From a candidate division WOR-3 bacterium (lineage in GTDB: Bacteria > Hydrothermota > 32-111): DNA of 41,372 nucleotides. Shown one piece after another: positions 36,782-41,372 of the stretch. The position numbers and the translations under genes are program-made. Where the stretch lies: positions 1-41,372 of the forward strand of contig JAUVJU010000002.1 in assembly GCA_030592285.1 (NCBI GenBank). The letters run 5' to 3'. How positions within the stretch are numbered: the stretch's first letter is position 1; every line of letters starts with the position of its first letter. The notes under the pieces were generated by a model that ran no database searches, was not told where the DNA came from, and saw only the letters and a list, made by a program, of their open reading frames with translations.

Positions 36782-37582
36782 ATGAAGTACTCATTTATAA
36801 TTCCTGTACACTCACATTCAATTGATCATTTTTATAAATTTCTTGAATATGACAATGTAGAATTGATCTTTGTATTAACCAAAAAACGATTTATAAAAAA
36901 GCAGAATAGAGTAACAATAATTAATATGATAAATGCTGGTTATGGAAAGGCAGTTAATACAGGTGCAAAAATAGCGAATGGTGAATATTTAATAATATGT
37001 AATGATGATATAATTCCGGACGATCATTTCATTGAGAATCTAAAAAAGGAAACTAATAATATTATTGTTCCAACTATTTTTTCTATTTCCGGTAAAATTG
37101 AAAGTAAGGGCTCATATTTAAGTAGATTTTACTATGCGATTCATAATAGAAATGAAAAATTTGAAGGAAATCAACAATTGATAACAGGATCAATGTTCAT
37201 AATCAAAAAAAGCATTTTCATTGATAATGGATGCTTTGATGAAGATTATTTTATATATTATGAGGATACTGATCTTTCAATGAAAGATGGAATTAAGGGA
37301 AAAATAGTCATTTCCAATAAATTAACTGCAATACACAAACATTCATTCTCAGCATCAAGGATAAAAAGATATTTTTTACAGAGAAATAGACTTCTTTTTC
37401 TTATAAAGCATATTCATTTATTCGGAATTTTTAAAGTAGCGAATCTTTTTATGCTGGATTATGAAATAATGTTTTTACAGGTTTTAATTCATAGATCAGT
37501 ATTTCCTATTCAGGCACGCATTGATGCCTTAAAATTAATGAGAACATTTTATAGAAAAGGAAAGTATGAAAATATTCATTGA
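36782..37582 (+). CDS. Family 2 glycosyltransferase
   Basis: Motifs are YSFIIPVH, LIICNDDIIPD and YYEDTDLSMK. Confidence 0.75.
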   Translation: MKYSFIIPVHSHSIDHFYKFLEYDNVELIFVLTKKRFIKKQNRVTIINMINAGYGKAVNTGAKIANGEYLIICNDDIIPDDHFIENLKKETNNIIVPTIFSISGKIESKGSYLSRFYYAIHNRNEKFEGNQQLITGSMFIIKKSIFIDNGCFDEDYFIYYEDTDLSMKDGIKGKIVISNKLTAIHKHSFSASRIKRYFLQRNRLLFLIKHIHLFGIFKVANLFMLDYEIMFLQVLIHRSVFPIQARIDALKLMRTFYRKGKYENIH

Positions 37583-38588
37583 TTGTACAAGTATGGAAAA
37601 GGGCGGAGGGGTTGCTCATTATATAAGAAACATAATTAATTGTATGCCTCATAGTATTGAGATTGTTGCTGCTATGAAGAAGAGAGAATGTTTTGAAAGA
37701 CATCATATTAAGCAAATAATTATTCCATTTTACAATGTTTTTTCACGAATTATTTATGAACATATTATATTTTCAATAATTGCATTAGTAAATAAATGTA
37801 AATGCTTCTTTTCACCCAAATCATATACTCCTATACTAAGAACAATGCCTGTAATTACAACAATACATGATACTATTCCAGCATCGGACTTGTCCGGTGA
37901 AAATTGGTATACACGGCTTTACTGGAAAATACAATTACATAGTACATTCAAATTGAGTTCGGGATTGATATTTATTAATGAAATGGTTAGGGATATTGCT
38001 TTTAATGATTATAGAATAAACAGAAAAAGTAAAAACTGTATAATATATAATGGGTTTGATACATATAGGAAAGGTATGGGGGAAGAAAAGTATATTTTGA
38101 TTCCAGGAACATTAAAGAAAAGAAAAAATAATATTTTAGCAGTTAAATTAGGAATTGCTTTAAAAAAAATATTCACTGATAAAGAAATCATTATTACAGG
38201 TAGAAATGATAATAAAAATATTGAAAGAGAGATTGAAGAATTATCATCTGAAATAAATATTACAGGCTATGTTAATAATGAAAAAATGGAATATTTTTTT
38301 AATAATGCTTTTGTTATTATATATCTATCTTCTGCTGAAGGATTTTCGCTGCCAATAGCCGAAGCATGCTATTTGAATAAGTCCGTAATATGTTCTGATA
38401 TACTCATTCATAAATATATTTACAATAATTATCCAATATACTATAATACAGAGAAGAGTATTGAAAACAATATAACTCATATAAAGGAAGAATTAATCCA
38501 TTATGAAAAAAGGGAATGCAAAAATCAAACAACATGGAAAGAGTCCTCAAAAAGCACAATTGAATTCATTGAAAGAATTTCTTATTAA
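37566..38588 (+). CDS. Family 4 (GT-B, group 1) glycosyltransferase
   Basis: It starts MKIFIDCTSMEKGGGVAHY and has the EGFSLPIAEA motif. Confidence 0.75.
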   Translation: MKIFIDCTSMEKGGGVAHYIRNIINCMPHSIEIVAAMKKRECFERHHIKQIIIPFYNVFSRIIYEHIIFSIIALVNKCKCFFSPKSYTPILRTMPVITTIHDTIPASDLSGENWYTRLYWKIQLHSTFKLSSGLIFINEMVRDIAFNDYRINRKSKNCIIYNGFDTYRKGMGEEKYILIPGTLKKRKNNILAVKLGIALKKIFTDKEIIITGRNDNKNIEREIEELSSEINITGYVNNEKMEYFFNNAFVIIYLSSAEGFSLPIAEACYLNKSVICSDILIHKYIYNNYPIYYNTEKSIENNITHIKEELIHYEKRECKNQTTWKESSKSTIEFIERISY

Positions 38589-40287
38589 ACATAAATTACT
38601 TACAATAATAATTGCTGCTGTAATCATGTCTATACCTTATTGGCAATCAGTGAATTATCCCTTTCAATATGATGATATTCCAACGATTTTTGAAAGCACG
38701 GGAACAAGTAAAATTACTGATGTTTTCAAAGTGCGTTTATCTGAAAGACCTATTAGGAAAATATCATTGATAATTGATAGACAGTTATTTAAGGATAATG
38801 TGATATTTTATAGAATAGAAAATATTATTATGTTTATAATGTGTTTGATTCTAACAGGTATGTTCATATATCTTATAACAGATTCATTTTTATTTGTGAT
38901 TTTTAGTATGACTGTATTTGCATTTCATCCTGTTCATGCATCAACACTGTTAATAGTAACACACAGAAAGGAAATGTTTTTATATATCTTTTCATTATTA
39001 ACATTTATAAGTCATATTAAAAAGAAATATGTAATAGCCATTATATTTTTTATTCTTGCAATAATGTCAAAAGAAACAGCAATAATGCTTCCAATTATAC
39101 TTCTTATGTATGATTTGATATTTAGAAAGAAACTCAATAAAAAGTATTACATTGTTTTTGGAATAATATACTTAATGGGTATTATTGTTTTACTGTTTAA
39201 TTCTAAAACAGGATTTTATCTACCTAATATTACTAATATGAATGAATTCCTGAAAAGTAACCGTTTATTCAAGGAATTACAATATTATCATATTATTCTT
39301 ATTCAGCCATATCTATTTATTATGTATATATATAAACTGATTTTCCCAATTAATCTTTCAGTGGATTATTATGTACCCATTAGTGGTGGTTACTATGCAT
39401 TGAAAATAATAATGGGATTATTATCATTATTATATGTATATTTAATGTATAGATTCAGAAAGAATAAGTTCATTTTGTTCTCAATGGTACTATTTTTTCT
39501 TTCATACCTACCATTATCAAATTTAATTCCTGTTCTCAATCTCTTATCAGACAGATACTTGTTTTTTCCTTCAGTTTCTTTACTTATTTTACTTTATGCA
39601 ATACTTAGAAAATTAAGAAACAATAAATGGATATGGATAATCCCAATTATATATCTTGTACTATTAATGATATATATCCCAGTTTTCAAAACAGAAAAAT
39701 CATTATGGCAATATACTGTTAAGAAAAACCCCGGCTCTGTTGTAGGAAATAATAATCTTGGTCTTGAATATTTTGAACAGGGTGATGTAAAACAGGCATA
39801 TTTTTATTATAGAGAAGCATTAAAATACAATGATGAGTATGTTAATGCAATAATAAATATTGGAACACTTTATGCACATAATAATGATCTAATAGCAGCG
39901 AAAAAATATTTTAATCAGGCAATAGAATTGGAGGATTATAATATTAAAGCATTATACAACTTGGGACTTGTGCTGATAAGGGAAAATAATTTCTTTGAAG
40001 CAAGAAAAGTAATGGAAAAGATCATAGGTATTTCACCAACCTCTCGTTTGGCTCATAATAATTTAGGGGCAATATACTTTAGGGAAGGTTCTACATCTGA
40101 ACTTAGTGCAAAGATAAATGTAACTATATTCAATTTTCCTATGGCTGCTGTATTTTTTAATGAAGCAATTTTATCTTATTTTGAAGCGGATAGTATATTT
40201 AGAACTGGTATAGCTGTTTCAGGAGAATCTCAATTGATGTTAAAAAATCAGAATATGATTTGGGAAAAAATAGGAAAGGGGAAATGA
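38503..40287 (+). CDS. Polytopic GT-C-type (PMT/TMTC-like) membrane protein fused to C-terminal TPR repeats
   Basis: The first-loop acidic motif YPFQYDDIPTIFES resembles the F-x-x-DD motif of TMTC/PMT_2 enzymes. It has about 10 hydrophobic helices followed by TPR units (NNLGLEYFEQGDVKQAYFYYREALKYND...). The start overlaps the upstream gene by 86 nt and is uncertain. Confidence 0.6.
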   Translation: MKKGNAKIKQHGKSPQKAQLNSLKEFLIKHKLLTIIIAAVIMSIPYWQSVNYPFQYDDIPTIFESTGTSKITDVFKVRLSERPIRKISLIIDRQLFKDNVIFYRIENIIMFIMCLILTGMFIYLITDSFLFVIFSMTVFAFHPVHASTLLIVTHRKEMFLYIFSLLTFISHIKKKYVIAIIFFILAIMSKETAIMLPIILLMYDLIFRKKLNKKYYIVFGIIYLMGIIVLLFNSKTGFYLPNITNMNEFLKSNRLFKELQYYHIILIQPYLFIMYIYKLIFPINLSVDYYVPISGGYYALKIIMGLLSLLYVYLMYRFRKNKFILFSMVLFFLSYLPLSNLIPVLNLLSDRYLFFPSVSLLILLYAILRKLRNNKWIWIIPIIYLVLLMIYIPVFKTEKSLWQYTVKKNPGSVVGNNNLGLEYFEQGDVKQAYFYYREALKYNDEYVNAIINIGTLYAHNNDLIAAKKYFNQAIELEDYNIKALYNLGLVLIRENNFFEARKVMEKIIGISPTSRLAHNNLGAIYFREGSTSELSAKINVTIFNFPMAAVFFNEAILSYFEADSIFRTGIAVSGESQLMLKNQNMIWEKIGKGK

Positions 40288-40296
40288 TTCCCCTTT
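40275..40296. terminator. Hairpin terminator between convergent genes
   Basis: aaaggggaa (40275-40283) pairs with ttccccttt (40288-40296). The loop atga contains the stop of the + strand gene. On the - strand it is followed by cctattttttcc. Confidence 0.6.
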
Positions 40297-40297
40297 A

Positions 40298-40786
40298 TTA
40301 ATCAGTTTTCATTATATGATAATCAAAATATTTAGTAGTCTCCTTACCATAAGTAATATCTTTAATAGTAATATAAACCCTCATATTAACTTCTGTCCAA
40401 TCATTTTCATCCATTTCATCATATACTTCTGTGGGAAATGGGAATTCATAATTGTATAAGGTAAGAGTGGATTTGTCAGTCATTTCTCCATTTACCCATT
40501 CGGATCCTGGAAATGATAATCTTAGATCATTATTATTTCCGCCCCAATAGTATAAACGATTATCATTGTGCAGATATTCCATTTCAATTCTTGTTAGATA
40601 AGCATCAACACTTGATATATTGGTCATTACTACTGTTGTAACAGGCACTGATACTGTGGTGATATCAACATAGCATCCAATTGGATCATAATCATCAATT
40701 ACAAAATCCGGTGCTGGTGTTATCATTGCACATGATGCAATTGTTATTAGCATAATACATAATATTAATAAGCTATTTTTCTTCAT
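40298..40786 (-). CDS. Lipoprotein (unknown function)
   Basis: It has an AGGAGG RBS on the - strand (40794-40799). The signal peptide with lipobox is MKKNSLLILCIMLITIASC. Confidence 0.6.
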   Translation of the reverse strand: MKKNSLLILCIMLITIASCAMITPAPDFVIDDYDPIGCYVDITTVSVPVTTVVMTNISSVDAYLTRIEMEYLHNDNRLYYWGGNNNDLRLSFPGSEWVNGEMTDKSTLTLYNYEFPFPTEVYDEMDENDWTEVNMRVYITIKDITYGKETTKYFDYHIMKTD

Positions 40787-40806
40787 TAAACCTCCTATTT
40801 TTATTA

Positions 40807-40834
40807 ATTATATATAATATATATATATTGTCAA
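40807..40834 (-). promoter_or_regulatory. Sigma70-like promoter, TTGACA-16 nt-TATAAT (minus strand)
   Basis: On the - strand, TTGACA lies at 40834-40829 and TATAAT at 40812-40807, upstream of the 40786 start. Confidence 0.45.
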
Positions 40835-40849
40835 GTTAAATATAGTAAT

Positions 40850-41280
40850 AATTGATTATATTGGTTGCCCTCCTCCGCAGAAAAGATTCTTATCCTTATT
40901 GTTTATCTTTATCCGTTTCTGCTCCTAATGTTTTTCTTTGGAAAGGTGAGGACTGTTTACTCTGATGAGCATAGAAACAACCCGATTTTCTCTCGGAGTT
41001 CATCAGAGTAAATGTGTGAGCCTTTTCATCATGATTATTCTTTTTATCTTTTCCTGGCATGCCTATGGCATGCTACCTCACACATTCAATGGAGGTACAT
41101 TCCGATAATTTGAGGAATGTATTACGCATTATTTTAACATCTATTGTTTATCTTTTCTACTCCGTCACACAACCAAATAAAATGGTGGGCGGGTTTAGAA
41201 CCAATATATTCTTCGGATTACTCAGAATATACCCCTACAAACACAATGAATTTATAAATGATCAAAATTCACAGATGCAT
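40850..41280. repeat. Mosaic repeat island I6 (Z, core hairpin copy B, X, Y and other modules)
   Basis: The Z module ccctcctccgcagaaaag is at 40868-40885. The core is at 40936-41031. The X hairpin pairs tacctc with gaggta (41074-41097). The Y palindrome is at 41096-41121. A second X lies near 41150-41185 and an inverted Y near 41206-41232. The order is colinear with 13662-13895. Confidence 0.85.
40936..41031. repeat. Core nested-hairpin element, copy B (candidate structured RNA)
   Basis: A 13-bp stem pairs tttactctgatga (40956-40968) with tcatcagagtaaa (41000-41012). Relative to copy A, GG/CC has changed to AT/AT on both strands, which preserves pairing. The outer ggaaaggt/gccttttc stem and the T-rich 3' flank are conserved. 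Confidence 0.8.
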
Positions 41281-41372
41281 ATTCCGAATAATCTGAGGAA
41301 TATGTTGATTCCGAATAATCTGAGGAATATGTTGATTCCGAATAATCTGAGGAATATGTTGATTCCGAATAA
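41281..41372. repeat. 27-bp tandem repeat array (3 full units plus a partial one, runs off the window)
   Basis: The unit attccgaataatctgaggaatatgttg occurs at 41281-41307, 41308-41334 and 41335-41361. A partial unit covers 41362-41372. All full copies are identical. The unit contains the Y-type palindrome attcc...ggaat. Confidence 0.9.

Noticed and set aside
36216-36785. Listed 189-aa + strand ORF, plus the 104-aa and 70-aa - strand ORFs, between the two GT2 genes
   Set aside because: They read straight through the X, Y and Z repeat modules that also occur in clearly non-coding contexts at 13560-14130 and 40850-41372. There is no RBS, and the peptide composition is odd (Cys/Arg-rich). They are best explained as chance ORFs in a repeat island.
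40962-40969. CUGAUGAG string in core copy B, reminiscent of the hammerhead ribozyme catalytic core
   Set aside because: Copy A has CUGGGGAG at the same place. The bases are engaged in the 13-bp stem with their complement. There is no stem II between CUGAUGA and the downstream GAAAC. It is a coincidental match.
41281-41372. Possible CRISPR array at the window end
   Set aside because: The 27-bp units are directly adjacent with no spacers, and no cas genes are in the window. It is a tandem repeat, not a CRISPR array.

Overview
This is AT-rich (by eye about 30% GC), densely coding bacterial DNA, almost all on the + strand. Four proteins carry T9SS-type C-terminal sorting domains, next to a PorV-like barrel and a TonB-dependent receptor. 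That points to an FCB-related, possibly Cloacimonadota-like, uncultured lineage; this placement is inference only. Recognisable housekeeping genes are murA, ispG, glyA, uvrB, an aspartate aminotransferase, an acyl-CoA ligase, an HU/IHF protein and tRNA-Arg(CCG). There is also an unlisted 31-codon bS22-like ORF. The envelope block at 23.9-40.3 kb holds a BNR cargo protein, a TonB-dependent receptor, a 1056-aa cargo protein, a PorV-like protein, a C11 protease, three glycosyltransferases and a TMTC-like GT-C/TPR protein. The most unusual content is non-coding. At least six GC-enriched intergenic islands are built from a shared set of short hairpin modules. They include a roughly 97-nt nested hairpin present twice with compensatory stem changes, a hairpin family with a conserved CACACAA loop and covarying stems, a 27-bp tandem array at the window edge, and a MITE-like element with perfect 28-bp inverted repeats. 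A secreted low-complexity protein (KD repeats, NGN repeats, an 18-Asn run and a Cys-rich tail) behind a consensus promoter is also notable. No CRISPR array, transposase, integrase or recognisable defence genes were seen.
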